DNA of 64,000 bases from Ophelia neglecta (taxonomy: Eukaryota): positions 102,238,001-102,302,000 of the forward strand of contig OZ260663.1 in assembly GCA_965285935.1 (NCBI GenBank). The letters run 5' to 3'. The translations under genes and the position numbers were made by a program. Shown here piece by piece: positions 48,301 through 63,200 of this stretch. Under the pieces are notes generated by a model. It was not told where the DNA came from, did not search any database, and was given only the letters and a program-made list of their open reading frames with translations. Numbering within the stretch: position 1 is the stretch's first letter; every line of letters starts with the position of its first letter.

Positions 48301-51300
48301 TTAACAACATTGAAATCTCTGTTTTCCATAGGCAAGGGACAAACCTTAATTTTACAATAGTCCTCCATGACCGCATCCCAGTATCAGTCTGATTTACAAC
48401 GAACTTATTTGTACCCTCTGCATAGTTTGTACCTTTTTTAGAAAATAATTATATTGTTTCTCTTAGGTGTTAAAACACAGCAGTATGTGAAATAAGAGAT
48501 GTATGGTTTTAATATATGCGCCAACAACTGGTCATGTTCCTTCATCAAAGGTAAAATACTTAATCTAAGCTTCTAGAAAGTTGTTCGACCCCAAGACACA
48601 ATAATTAGAGTCGTAAAACCAATGTAATATTTCCAAGCTATAGGCCTATTGTAATAAATGTCTTAATCCCTTGTTAAAAGATAAATACACGAAAAACCTC
48701 ACATATGTCTAACAAGACCTAGATATATTGTGACGTTTTGACAGGTATTTAGTGGTCATTTAGCATATCCTAATGGCATGACTACGATGGATAGCTCATA
48801 TATTCAATCAATTAAATCATTAGTCGGTTATTGCCTAATAATTTTTGCTATCGTAAAACCTAAATACATATTGCTTATCTAGGATTATAATTTGTTATAG
48901 CCGTCAGCTGGGCATCACTTGTTTGTTTGATTACTCGTGTCTAGTGATTCAAGGGGGGGGGGGGGTATAGGTGTATCTTACGCATACCATTTTTCTGACC
49001 TGCTATCCCGTCGTTATGGGCCAGTGGTTGGCAGGAAATCAGACTTTCTTAATCAGGGAAGTCATATTATATTCGAAGTGAACGTGAATCAATCGTTGCC
49101 CTCGATTTTTGACAAGGAAATCTAATTTCTCTTCCCTTGTGAAGAACCAAATTTGTTTGATGTGAATTGTTCAAGGAATATTTCTATACACACCCTTTAC
49201 AAACTGTCACAAAGTTAATAATTAATTAATAAGAACCATAATAAGAGCACTTTAAGGCAACAACAACTGTGATAACCCCTCCCTCCTCGCCTCCCCAAGC
49301 ACCCCCCCCCCCCCCCCCCGCCTCCCCCACCAGTGAATAGGCACATATCGTATGCCTTGAACAAACTATATACAATATTAAAATTCAACTTACAATGCGA
49401 CGCAATAGGAAGAATATCCTTAAATTTCGAATATCACTGGACGAGTAGCCTGGTAGAAACAACCATAAATGGTCAATCCCAAAACGCCTGGTAGAGACTA
49501 ACTGGTGTTATTAACCTCAAGACGCCTTGGAAATTACAGTGAAAGCTCCTGGGGCCGGTTGGGTAAGGCGTGTGATTTCGCTATGAAATGAGGTCATAGT
49601 TCTATTATTGGGGATATGTTCATATCTCTTATTGATAAAGGATTTACACATCGCTTGGAAACTACGCAGCCAAGTTTGCTATGTTCAGGGACGGCACTAG
49701 AGAGGCCCCATCGGGCCTGTGACCCATTCAGACAGTGCAGTTTTTGGGGACCGCACCCTTCCGACCCACCTGCCTCTGTGTCTGAAACATGGCTTGTTCC
49801 GAATCGTATATTGTCAGGTAGGGTTGGCATCATGAAAACGTCATAAGAACCACCCACAAAAACAAATAAATGTACTTAAAATAATTACAGTCCTTAAATG
49901 GCTGTAGGTAACGGGCGTTACCTTATGCAAATTGGCCGTCATACAAATGAGGCTCAGCAATGCTATCTGTGTTCAGCTGTACATGGCCAACTAAGGAACT
50001 GAAGATTGTCCGTATTTCTGATAGTTATTGTCGACACAAGTAACTCGCAAACCCGGGTGCGTGATATAAAGACAAAACACCGGGAACAATCCTGCCTGCC
50101 TTTATCGGGGCTTTACTCAAAGACAGGATGATGCAGGCAGGTTTGTCCATCGAAAATTCAAAGCTACCCGGTGTTTTGTCTTTATCGTATAGTTATGATA
50201 GTACCGTACACTTGGTACACATGTAGACGGACAGGGCATTGTAGGTACAATTACGACTGCAATGTCAGTAAAATTCTTCATGCTAGATAACAATGCTAAA
50301 AGTTAGGGTAATCGTTGCTTATTAGTGCATGAACTTGATTTAACCTATATGTTTATCAGCTACTGAACGAGTTTCCACGTCAACTTTACCTCAACTGATT
50401 TAACCCCCCTGGATATAATAGGAAACCTTAAACATGGTTAATTAGAATTCAATTTAATATTAACCGATATTATGTCTTCAACCCGATTATTATACCATCC
50501 AAGGTACCTGAAAGGAAAATGAAGTTAGATGTTTTGTTCCTGGTCACAGGTTGGTACAAATTACTCACCTGTACACATGTACCGAGTTCGTTAAATTCTG
50601 TCTTGACCATTCTCAACTCTCATGGGTTCATATAACGTACACTCGCTTTAGCCTCAAAGAACGATATGCATGCAACCGCCTGGTGCCCGCTCGTTTCCTA
50701 TGTTGAAATGATTTTGACCTTCAGTTAGGCGGCTGACCCCTGGGGGACTATCACATCACCACCTCACAAGGTGTGTGTGTGTGCTTTAATTAGCGGGGAG
50801 AGGGTAGTCATGTTTATGTGTGGGTGGCATGTGCACTCCAAACTTAATCACTTAACAGATATATGCTATAGTGGCATTTAATTTAATACAAAGAAATTAA
50901 CCAGTTTAATGCAAGTTTAGACAGATTTAACCACAGTAATAGACCGAAGTAATATGTAGGGGCTCCAAACAAAGGACATTTTTAATTTTTTATGACAAAA
51001 AATAAAGATCTGTAAGCATGTGCACTTATATCTTTTCAGATGTGTTCAAATACTAACAGATCCTTAAACACTTCTGAGCCCTTCTGATTCCTTCTTGAAG
51101 CCAAGTTCAGTATACCGGGTAACAATTTATTAGCGACAAATGTCATTGTGTGTTTATTTTATCAATAAGTGTATAGTACAGACTTTATATACTGGTACAG
51201 ATTCCCTAATATTACCAGCCACATCCTGTATTGCCCTCTTTGTTGGTAGTTTAACTTTAACATTCATCTTTTTCTCTATAGATACAATCATGCAAATTTC

Positions 51301-53369
51301 TTCATAATCATACCATATGTTTCTTAGACATAGAGATCTGAGGAGACAGTGTAGGTATAAGATGTATAGTCTCAGATTACACCCTGTGATCAAATGCTGT
51401 GTATTTAAACATAGCTGCACCTTCAGCCAATGGGAGTGTATGCTATGCCCACGTGACCAGACAACACGTGGTTGGTGTTGTAAACAACAACAGTCATGTT
51501 CCTAATTTATTTGGCTTATTACCCTTGTTACTGATTGACAACATTTCGATATTAATGACAATTTGCACTGTCAGACCATGTTGGATGTTAATCGGATAAA
51601 ATCTTGGCAATAAAATTGTGGGTTCAGTTGGATTGGGTGAGTTCAAAGAGCTTCTATTCAGAAGAACAAGAGGGGATATGGTGATTCCTGGCCTCTGTGA
51701 CTAATATAATTCAGTCATATGACACTCAAAGCAACAGTATACTGTCCTGAGGAACATTAGGAAAACAGAGAGGGATTGACCAGATACTTTAGGCAATGTT
51801 GGAAGAAGTAGGGGGGCATTTATTCGCCTACTATTTAAATGAGTTTTTAACATATATATACACACTCATTTCATGCATTTTTAAGCATTTTTAATCAATT
51901 CAAAAAACTTAAAGCTTCATACCAAGCAAAAGTAACATATTAAACCAACAGAAAGAGAAATATAATTGAATAATTAAAACATCCACCCATGTTTGTTCCA
52001 AAATATTTTGGGATGGACCCCCCTACTTGGGTGAAAACCAAAGTAGGTTAGGATGAAAGGTAGTAAAAAGGTAAATATACCATGGTGGCTATCAAAACTT
52101 GTTTAACAGATAGAGGATATTGAGACAGTGCTCCTAGGGGATTATCTTAGATAAAAGGCCATTTATAGTAGAATTTATAGTAGGCCATTTATAGGAGCCC
52201 TTTTTAAGTGCATGAGAAAATCAACTACATAAGCCGCCATTTTGTATTCCATATGGAATCAGTCGATACAAACTCTTTGTGTGGGAAAATCATTCCAAAG
52301 CTGTTGTTTTGTGTACCAGGAATGGCACGGAAACCCCTAAGGTTGTCAGAGTCACTCTAGCTGTTACAGCCATTTTTGTCCCAAATTATTTATTCCATGA
52401 ACCTGGATAACTGTCATCAAAACTCCGGAGTACTTTGATGTGTTTTACTTGATTCAATATTGCCATGAGAGTTGGGAGTTCTTGTGTTAAGATGTATTGA
52501 TGGCAAATTTACTCGGGCTGGTGATTCATGTGAGTCATATCATATTTGTACTATTCGTTTTCTACAATATGGGTTAATACTGTTCAGCCATGCTCAGCTA
52601 TTTTGTTCATTTTGGCCATTTTTCCTGCCTTCCTGCTCAGACTGTTCTGGCATTTGATTGGTCTAGAGCAGTGACCTATAAAGGTCACCCACCAGCAAGA
52701 CCTGTCACCGATATAGGTCAGCCACCCGACTGCTTGCGAAAGAAATCACACACTGGCCTATGTCGAAAAGCGACCCCAGGGGGCCGTCCTCCCACATCAC
52801 TCGGCCACCGTGCCTCCCCTGATATAAGGTATAGATTCCTCACCACACAAACTTCTTTCCCGTGGTGGGCAAAAAGTGGGTGTTTCTACTTGTACCTTCC
52901 CTGTCTTGTTTGACAACATCAGTTGGCGATCCCCTCCTACCATATATATATATATATATACCATATATATATCCCCTAAAATACCTAAGGGAATAACGTT
53001 ACATGTATATGCTTTCTAGCTACAACGCTTTATTCTTATCTTGGGTGAAAAACATAGCAGAGCACTAACGGTCGAGGGCGGAGTTATGTAAGATAAATCA
53101 TAGTTTAAACCATTTAGAATGGCAAAAAAAATCCCGGCTAGGCCTCGGTTTTCCCTTTTTCTGACGGCCACCACACCATTTAGTCTCTAGGGATGACATA
53201 AGCCCTACGGAGAGACGTGTAAATGAAATAGTGTCCGCTTGCAGTTTAAGGTCACAAGTCAGCCAGTGGCGTCCTCACGCGAGTGACAGCAGAACTCTAC
53301 AAAGTAGTGCGGACATATGTGATATACACTTCATTACGTTATGCTTTATTGCTGTTTGATTTAGACTTG

Positions 53370-55390
53370 GGATGCAAGTTAATTTAACCAAACATCACAT
53401 AAGGTTGTCTTTTAGTACTCCCATAAAGGAGAGGGCTCGTCGCATCTCCCCATCGATGATAGAGGAAACGAAAGAACACTGGAGAGATGCTAGAACAGGG
53501 TGCTAGAACTGGGTGGATGTGCGAATCTCCATATTCCTCTGGAGTGTTGCTTGCTCGAAAGAAATCTGGTTAGCTGAGATTCTTTATTGATTTCAGAAAA
53601 TTAGACGCCCGCACTATACGCGATTCCTATGCTCTACCAAATATAGTAGAAACCGTCGATTCCTTGCATGGATCCAAGTGGTACAGCACCCTGGATCTTA
53701 AAAGTGCCTTTTGGCAGATTGAAGTAGCTGAGGAGGATAAGTGTAAGATTGCATTTACCGTAGGCTCCCTCGGTTTCGGGGAATGCAATCGTTTGTCTTA
53801 TGGCCGTACAACTTCTCCTGCCATTTTCCAGAGGCTGATGGAAGACTGTGTGGGTGACCTCTATCTCACTTATTGCTTACTCTATTTGGACGACATTATC
53901 GTGTACAGTAAAACCTTCAGTGAACATTTAGACAGGTTTGAGGCTATTTTTAGTCGTCTACGCCAGGCTGGACTCAATTTATATCCTACTAAATGCTCTT
54001 TCTTTTTAAGGTCTGTGAAGTGCCTAGGATGTGTATTTCTGAGGGGGGGATTCTCTACTGATTCTCATAAGATAGAGGCTGTCAAATCATGACCGATTCC
54101 TCAGTCTGTGAAGGGTGTTCAGAGTTTTCAGGATTTTGTAGGTTATTACCGCCTTTTCATTCACGGTTTTTCGTCATCAGCTAGACCGCTTCTCGAGGTT
54201 ATGTTTGGATCTGTATGGTCGGGGTTAGAAAGGGCCACAAACGCAAAAATTGTGAGCTCCCAAATTTCTTTTGGGGTAGAGCTCAACAAGAAGCATTTCA
54301 GGAACTTATCAAATCATGTACAGAGGACCCAATCCTTGCCTATGCTGATTATACTAAGCCTTTCCTTTTGAACACAGACGCCAGTGATAAGCGTTTAGGT
54401 ACAGTGCTGTATCAGGAGCAAGATTGGAAAAGAACTTGTCATCGTGTGTGCTAGCCGCTCCTTGAAATGTGCTGACAGAAATTACCTGGCCCACTAACTG
54501 GAGTTTTTGGATCTCAAACGGGCAGTAACAGACAAATTCCATGATTACCTGTATGGTAATTAATTCTTCGTAAGAACTGAAAAATACCCTCACATAGATA
54601 TTGAATTCAGCTAAACTCGATGCTATATGCTAAGCCTTGAACCATCAAAAGGTGGAATTAGGTGGAAAAGGTGGAACATATCTTGGTAATTAAAGATCAT
54701 TTTACTAGGTATTCTCAGGCAATTCCAACTAAAAATCAAACAGCCCATACCACAGCCAAAAACCTGTATAATGTTTTGTCAGACGCTATGGTTTCCCCGC
54801 CCGGTTGCATAGTTAACAATATCGATCATTTAAATCATAGATCATCAAACAATTGTGCCGCTTGGCAAATATAACCAAGTTTAAACCACCCCATATCATC
54901 CTATGGTAAATGGGCAATGTAAACGTTTCAACCGAACACGTCTTGTAATGTTAGGAACACTTGATCATATGCAAAAGTCTGATTAGAAATTTTCTGTGCC
55001 TACACTTGTACACGTATACACTACACTAGAAATGGTTGTACCGGTTTCTCCCATTTCTACTTAATGTGTGGCAGACATCCCAAGCTACCTGTGGACTTGG
55101 CATTTTGGTTTAATTCAGATAAGGAAAATACAGCAACGTATCCCCAATTTGTCGATAAATTGAAAAAAAGACTGGAATATTCCTATGGTATAGCATCAGC
55201 TAAGGGTGATCAGTCCCGTCGGAAACAGAATTATAATGTGAAAAGTCGTTCTGCCGCACTTGCTGTAGGTGATCGGGTCTTGGTAAGGAATGAGGAGGTA
55301 TTTCTTGTTATTTCCCATCCTAATCCCAGTATCTGTTTATGAACTGAGGCAGAAAGATGGCAATGGTCGTACTCGTTCATTAGTTCAATA
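53370..55390 (+). pseudogene. Degenerate Gypsy pol relic, copy B
   Basis: WYSTLDLKSAFWQI, YLDDIIVYS, PILAYADYTKPFLLNTDAS and GRHPKLPVDL; keeps an IN segment that is deleted in copy A. Confidence 0.9.
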
Positions 55391-56239
55391 AAGCAGGTTG
55401 GATCCCCTTCCTTTATAGATCCTGGTCAATCTGGAAAATCTTTTTAGAGGATGAATAATTCTACATTGCATTTACTACGACTTACCTCAAAAGCCGCCGT
55501 GCACTTCTGTCAATGTAGAGAACATCAGATCAATTGACCTTGATAGGATCACAACTTGAGTACCGTGCGCGAAAGTGACAGGGAACCAATACCACGTGTA
55601 TAGTTGCCTACAACTGGACAGGCAAGAGCAATTGGTCCCCCTATGGTTACGATTGAGTCAAGTCCCCTCTCATGTTAGAAGTTGTAGGAGATATTGTTGT
55701 AAGGGCAGATACTCCTCAAACTGCGTGTGATAGAAATTATGTGTTTAAAAGTGTAATGTTTGGTGAGTACCCATGACATGTTAGGCTGTAGTCGTCATTA
55801 GGTGTTAACTTCGAAGTTATGTGCTATAGATATCAAGATGAGCAACCAATTTTAATGTGTTTGGCATCCAAATATGTCCAGCCAGACGTGGTTGTGGGTT
55901 ACTGAATAGTACCTTAAAGGCTCTACAATTATTAAGATAGTGTACACACAACATATAATGTGTAAATGTTAAGAGTGGACGAAAAGCTCTGCTTTGCAAG
56001 AGTCGTGTTGACCTTACGATCTATTATACTGGTGTTGTACCTCGCTATTTATACCTTATATTATATGGCCTCAAAAGGATTTTTAATTTTGTCTTTAAGC
56101 GCATGAGAAAAGCAATGATGAGTGTCCCTTTACAATTTGTTTTCTATTTTCATTTGGTATAATTATTAGCATTAGCCCTTGCCTAGTTTTAAATATATAG
56201 AGTTTGGCCTACATCAATCTGTTATCGCCTAAACATCCA

Positions 56240-59200
56240 GCTTATTCTACCCCAAACTATTGCGGTGAGTTTACGTTGTCCAGGAGAAGCTCGAGCTCGA
56301 TATCTTCAAGCACTGGGAGACTGTCGAGTTAGTTATTAACGAAGTCTCTGCCATTATTATGGAAGAGAGCAACAGCGATTTTCAGTTCAACATTATCGAC
56401 GATGGCGTCCCAATGAAGGCTACGTATGTCTCTGATGTGTAGCGGCCCGTCAGATATATCGTGCCGTCACAGAATGTACACGAAGGGTCGGTCCTGGCTC
56501 GTGATGCTATAATCCCTTAGCCTACAAATAATTGAGCAGGAAGGGATGGAAACCGTGCCGAGGCTGTCCATATCCTGCCCGGCTGTCGCTGATCTTAGTA
56601 TATGTTCTCATTCAAATATAGAGACTCATCGGCGTGTTGGTCCGACTCAAAGCTTCTAGGTCGTTTCACTCTATCAGAGCTCGCGGTAGGACAAGTATTG
56701 ACTGTCCGATCGGGTGAAACCCTAGGCCACTGAGTGAGATGGTTCTTCCTTTAAGGCGATAGCAGGCCTCTTTCACTCTCTCGCAAGGGTTGTTGGCGCT
56801 GTTCAGGAGTATGCCTACGAGACTGTCCGCGCTGGAGATTTCGAGCGCTGTGCCATTCAATGTCTCCTTCAGAGTTTAGTTTTCTTGCAGAATGCGTGGA
56901 TTCAATGAACACCATAACTTTAGTTTTTGCCTCATTAATGCATATCGCCATTTACACGGGTACTCCTCACAGATATTGATCATGGACTGTAGAGCTCTCG
57001 GAGTGAATGCTGCCAGGGTTATATTATCGGCTTGTTGAACCGATCCGCAGTAGTGCGCGCCTTTTGATGCGCCGAGTTTAATGTCTCTTAGGATATCAGT
57101 TAGTTAGTGGATAGACGCGGGCTCCCAGCACAGAGCCCTGTCGGCAGGACTGCCGTATGGATATTGCCTCAGAGGTCCGCCCATTTACTATCACGCTCGC
57201 AGTCATGTTCCTAAATGAGTCGCGGAGCAGTGTCCGGATATTTCCTAGAACCCCAAACTCGTGCTACTTTAAGAATAGGCCGTCTTGCCAGACAGAGTCA
57301 AATGCCGTCGCTGCATCCAACAAACATACGAAGAGTTAAGCTGTTTGCTCTCTGGCGTAAGCTATTGTTTCCTCTAGCACGAAAAAAGTAAGGAGAGTGA
57401 AGCGGTTTCTCTAATGTCCATTTTGGCTATCTCTTGGAAAGGGTATATTTTGTGAATATTACAATACTCCTCCCATCTCCCCAAGACTACTTTTTTTATA
57501 TATATTTGGAAATTCACAGGAAGGAGAGTTATACACCTTTGGTTTTTCGGTCGTGTGCGTGCTTGCACTTTCGCTTATGGATTGTAAATATATGACCGTG
57601 CTTCATGGCTGATGGAACATGACTGAGACTATACATTCCATTTTTCAGAGTAGTGAGATCCAGAAGTGTTGCCTCGCTTGTGTATTTGATGTGTTCGTAT
57701 GTTTGTCAGCATCGCCACAGGAACCGGTTTTAAGAGTTTGGACAATATCCGCCTCTTCTTTAGTGGTAACAAGTTTCTCCATGATGGGATCTCTTTCAAA
57801 TTTAGCATTTTCTTCTAAGCCGGTCACTTGCACTATTACAGACTATTTATACTGCTCGCATAATTTTCGGCCTTCACTAGAGGATATAATTGCACAAGGT
57901 GGACAGTCCATGGTTTCATCACCTCCTCGTAGCTCCTCAGATTCTAGTCATTGACTTTTAGCTGACTGTCCTCAACAGCCTCCAGAACTTAGGCTGGTTC
58001 ACGTTTGCAGCCTCATCCACTTTAGCATATAATATTTGGTTAGTGTTTGTTTGGAATTGTCGCATTTTATTCCATAATATTTTCCAGGGAAAACACAATG
58101 GCATTATTCAAATCGTCAGTTTCATTTAGGAAAGAGGGAGTTTGTGCATAGTACGGAAGCATGCTGGTCACAGCGGTTTAAAGTTAAATTTGCCTGAATC
58201 ATGCATTTTCCACCAAGTCAGTCGTCGCGGGGAAATTAATTGATCCGAATGAGTCCGTTATTGCTCCTGAGCCTAGGATACGGTCTACGAATGTTTGAGG
58301 CCCACCATCGTACAGGTCGAATGTATAACAGGGGCCTACGGTAAGTGCAGGGGTAAACATCATTTCAAGGTCACGGCGGGTGATGGTTCATTGATGAGAC
58401 GTTGGCGTGGGGTAAATTTGCATAAATCACAGTTAATATCGCCGGCGATTATTGTTCTATCGTCTTATGACAGTGTTAACAACAAGTTACTGAACTGTTC
58501 AATGCAATCAGCGAACTCAATAGACTCGCGCTCTATGGACGGAGGTTAACGCCTGTGATGACGATGGAAAGTCACCGTGTTAGTTGAATACGAACGGCTA
58601 GATACCTATCCGATCGCGTGTGTAGAATGTCTACGAGCTGTATGAGGGTTTTCGTCACATGATAGGCACTCCGCCGACACCCATTCTGCTACTGGCCAGT
58701 TGCAGATTGCGTTTATAACATGTAGTGTGGGCTATAAAGTTTATATCGAGTGAGTCCACAAAGGATTTACTGTTTTCAAAAAGGCAGTGTTGACTGACGG
58801 TCAGATTAGATTGCAGCAGTTAGCTTATGTAGTGCGCCGTCCTACAGTCTTACAGTTATATGCAATTAGAACCAGACAATCCATGTTTAATTCTAGTCCA
58901 TTTTGTTTGTGTTCCAAGACTGAATTTATGTTGGTTGAGAAAGTTTTTAATGACTTCATTGGGGATGTTTTGGTCAATACCACCGCTCAAGGCTTTGCTG
59001 AAGTTTCTAGGAGGTACCTCGTTAAATAGGTTCGCGTCTACTTCCTCTGATAAGTCCGGTGGCTATTGGGTGACTTTGTTCGAAACCGGTCCCACTCGTG
59101 GAAAATTTGTCTGTTTTACGGGTTTGATATTCGAGATAACTTTCTCTTTTTGGTCCAGGGAGCTAAATTGCGCTTGTTTCGCCTGATAGGTTATTGGCTG

Positions 59201-60217
59201 ATCCATGACTTGAGTGTTATTCATTGGCGCGTTTAAAATTAGTTTTCTAGGTGGGTATGAAGGAGGGCCAGTTGTCACGTTATTCATTTTGGGACTTTGA
59301 TTTTGGGAGTGTGGTTTCTGATTTCCAATGTAGGAGGAGGGTAAATTGGAAGTAGTGTAGGTCGCTATAGAGTAGCCACCTTTCCGTTGGCAAAGGTATG
59401 TGTCTGATCAAACTACTTGTTAAGGGAACCAAAGTCTCTACAATGAAAGTCTTCTAAAGATCCTATTCTGGAGTTCATAATTTGAACTGCAATGGTAAAA
59501 AGACCATATATCGGATCCTCTTCGATATGCCTTCCACTGTCATTGGCGTTGTCACTAAAACTTGGTTGTGGATCGTGAGTAGTTTGAGTTTGATAGATGC
59601 CACAAACGTTAATTCGCTGTTTCGTTGACTCGATTTTTTTCTATGGCTATATTAAGTATGGTCTCCATGTCATTTATTCAAACCGACAAAGTTTCCGCCG
59701 CTACAGTTGCTAGTTCCTGTGTGAGATTAAGAACGAGGCTGCCATTGGTTTAATTAGTTCCTTAAATCCTTTTAGTGTTTCCTGGAGTTTAGGTGGTTTG
59801 GTTTTGTCATGTTCATTAGGTTGATTAATTGCTGGGTGAGCTTTGTGCCGAGATCCGGCCAAGACTCCATTTTCCATCTGGGCAAGTCGCTGTAGAATCC
59901 TGATATTGTCAGTTTAGATAGCGCAGAGGTCGTCTACGTTATGTTCCTCGCCTAATATTGATGTGATTGCTGCTGTTGCTGTAGTTGATTGGCTTGGAGG
60001 CTGCCTTTTGTTTTGGCAACTAAAGCTCCTCATGCGTGCTTTGCGAGTCTTTTTTATTCAGTTCAAATATAGGGGTTCCTTCCAGTGCCATACATATACA
60101 TCATTGACGAGGTATGTGTTGAACTCGGATAAGTCTTTCCTCTTCGTCTCCTAATTTAGAACCCGATCTTGGAGTTCTTCATTAATGATATCGGACAGCT
60201 GGTTGAACAGTTCTGAC
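56240..60217 (-). mobile_element. Degenerate non-LTR retrotransposon (RTE-X-like), copy B
   Basis: Homolog of 23000-27031. Confidence 0.7.
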
Positions 60218-63200
60218 TGTAATGATGATCGATAGTCCATTGGCAGGTAACAGTAGGGTTTATTTTCATGTAACTCGGATAGGTACAAATCACCGGTGGT
60301 CACTAGAATGGCCAACGGCTTGCTCTGACACTAGAGCGTCCCCACGTGACATCCGACACCGTGACGTCACCAGCCCAGGGGAGCACAGGGCAAGTATATA
60401 TACCATAACCTGGTAAGTATTATATGACATCCTCCTTTCCAAGTATTTAAACAAATTAAACTTTAAAATGTCCAATATCTTTGAACCTCACTTAAATGAT
60501 TTACTTTAAAATGAATTTACAAATGTCTCTGTTTCAGATACACCAGAAGTCCGTAATGTTTCACTGCCATTTAAAAATAGAAATTACACCAATTTTAAAG
60601 TACACTTTATATAAATTGACTGTCATTGATATCTCAGTGGCGGTCTGACTACGCGTCCACTTTTGGTTACAACTGGAGTACCTGGTATTGGACCGACCAA
60701 ACCTGACGGGTGCTGCGGTGATGTTCCACCGGTGTCATGTGTAACAACCGTTTGAGTCGTAGGTGGGTTTGGTACAGGTAATGGCGGCAATGGTGGCGGC
60801 TCTCCAGGTTTTGGAATTGGAAGCATTTGTAGATGGCGCCTATTTCTCCGCAGCTCACCTCCTTGTGGTGTTTGTACCACGAATGATCTGGGTGTGCTGT
60901 GAGTTGATGTTATTGGTACAGGGTTGGACCAAACTTTATCAGAGTCTATTCGGACTCTGACCATATTTCCGGGTTTGACACTTGGGAGTATTCTCACTCC
61001 ATGGCGACGATCATACGACTGTTTATATGCGAACTTATATCGTTTGTCTGCACGCTGAACAGCTTGCCTACTCGGCCATTTGGTGCTAAGTTGCGCTGCA
61101 GCGTTGGTAGAGTGTTATTCAGCTGACGTCCCATGTTGAGCTGACTAGGGCTCCACCCCAGTGGTCCTGGTGTTGTGCGATATACGAGCCATGCATGTAA
61201 GGGATCTGGCTGGCTCAGTATTTTCTTTACCTCCTGAACTCCACGCTCCGCCATTCCATTTGACTGGGGAAAATGCGGACTTGAGGTCACATGTCTGATG
61301 TCTAACTCAATAGAAGTGAACTGTCCACCATTATCCGTGAATAATTCCTCCGGATAGCCCCAGCGAGCAAAGATATATTTGAATTTGCTTATCAGATTTG
61401 TGCTCGTGATGTTGGCCATATAGGGAAATTCTATGTCCCTAGAATACTAGTCGATAACAACCAGATAGTTTTTCCCATTGTATTCACATAAATCTGCAGC
61501 CACTTTCTGGGTTGGTCGTCCTGGCAATTTGCTTGGAATCAAAGGCTCCTTTCGCTGGGCTGCCCTATGAGTTTGGCAAAACTCACAGCTAGCCACAGTC
61601 TCTGCAATATCTTTGTTAATTGTAGGCCACCACACACTAGTTTTTGCTCTCTCTCCACACTTGGTGATGCCTTGATGACCCTCATGTAGTTTTCTCAAAA
61701 GTTCTGCTCTCAATACCTTTGGAACCACTATTCTGTTCTCAAATATAAGTAGTCCTTCTGCTGTTGACAAACTGTTTCTAGCCGCAAAATAAGGCTTCAG
61801 TGATTCCTCTATTTCACCGTAGTTTTCTGGCCACCCTGCTTTTGTTATCTGAATTACTAGTTTCATTACAGCATCACTATCTGTTTCCTTTCTCAGCTTA
61901 GACATCCATTCACCTGTGATAGGCTTGGTAGAAATGACACTGTGCACGTACAGATGTGTGTCACTTTCCAACACGCTGGTTTCTTTCTCACTTCCAGTCG
62001 GGCTTCTTGATAGGGTATCTGCTATGACCAGGTCCTTTCCTGGTACATATTCTGCGACTGGATTGTAGCGCATCAAACGCATTAAAAATCTCTGACAACG
62101 TAGCGGTGCTTTGTTGAGGTCCTGTTTGTTTATAAGTGGAATCAACGGCTTATGGTCAGTCTGTAGTCTGAAGGACTGAAGACCAACTAGATACCTCTCA
62201 AACTTTTCACATGCCCACACGCTTGCCAAAAGTTCCTTCTCTATTTGCGCGTAGTTTTTCTCTGCTGGGGATAACTTCTTTGAGGCAAAAGCTATAGGTT
62301 TCAGCTGATCTCCATGGACCTGAAGGATAGAAGCCCCGAGTCCATAGCTGCTCGCATCAGCTGTGACCACAGTTTCCCTGCCATGACTATAAAAAGCTAA
62401 AACTGGAGCATTTGTAACAAGGTGCTTGAATCTGTTAAACGCCCTGTGTTGATCCGCTCCTCAATGCCATCCTTTGTCTTGCTGTAGCAAATCTGTCAGA
62501 GGTGCTAGTTCTGTTGCCGCTCCTTCCATAAAATTTAGCAAAGCGGCACCCATTCCCAGGACACGCCTTAACTCGCCGACATCCCTCGGTGGATCGAGTT
62601 TCATAATAGCTTCCACCTTCACTGGATCGGCTTTGACTCCATTTTCAGTAATAACGTGACCAAAAAATGGAATTTCAGTTCTCTTATACCGACATTTCTT
62701 GGCGTTCAACTTGAGGCCAAATTCTCGAACGCGCTGCATTGCTGCACTATAATGTCTATCATGGTCTTGTTCACCAGCTCCATGGATTAGCACATCATCC
62801 ATGATAACTTCCACACCTTCTAGATTATCAAAAATTTCTCCCATCTTCTTTTGGAAAATTTCTGGACTTGAGCTGAGCCCAAATGGAACTCTCTTAAAAC
62901 AAAATCTGCCAAAAGGTGTGATAAATGTTGTGAGGCGAGAGCTAGCCTCCTCAAGTGGAATTTGCCAAAATCCACAGCTGGCATCGAGAGTAGAAAATAT
63001 AGTTGAGCCGGCAAGCTTTGGACTGATATCTTCTAATGTTGGCATGATAAGTTTTTCCCGCTCAACAGCTGTATTTAATTTTCTGAGATCCACACAAATT
63101 CGAACCTGTCCAGATTTCTTTAGCACCGGTACCATTGATGCACACCACTCAGTAGACTCACTGACCTCCTCTATAATGTCATCTTTGATCATCCTATCCA

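Larger units (their letters stand above)
41213..60456 (+). repeat. Segmental duplication, copy B (homologous to 13-27270)
   Basis: Colinear with copy A; lacks the 7.8-kb Gypsy and the (TTAC)n LINE; carries the MITE at 45064-45333. Confidence 0.95.
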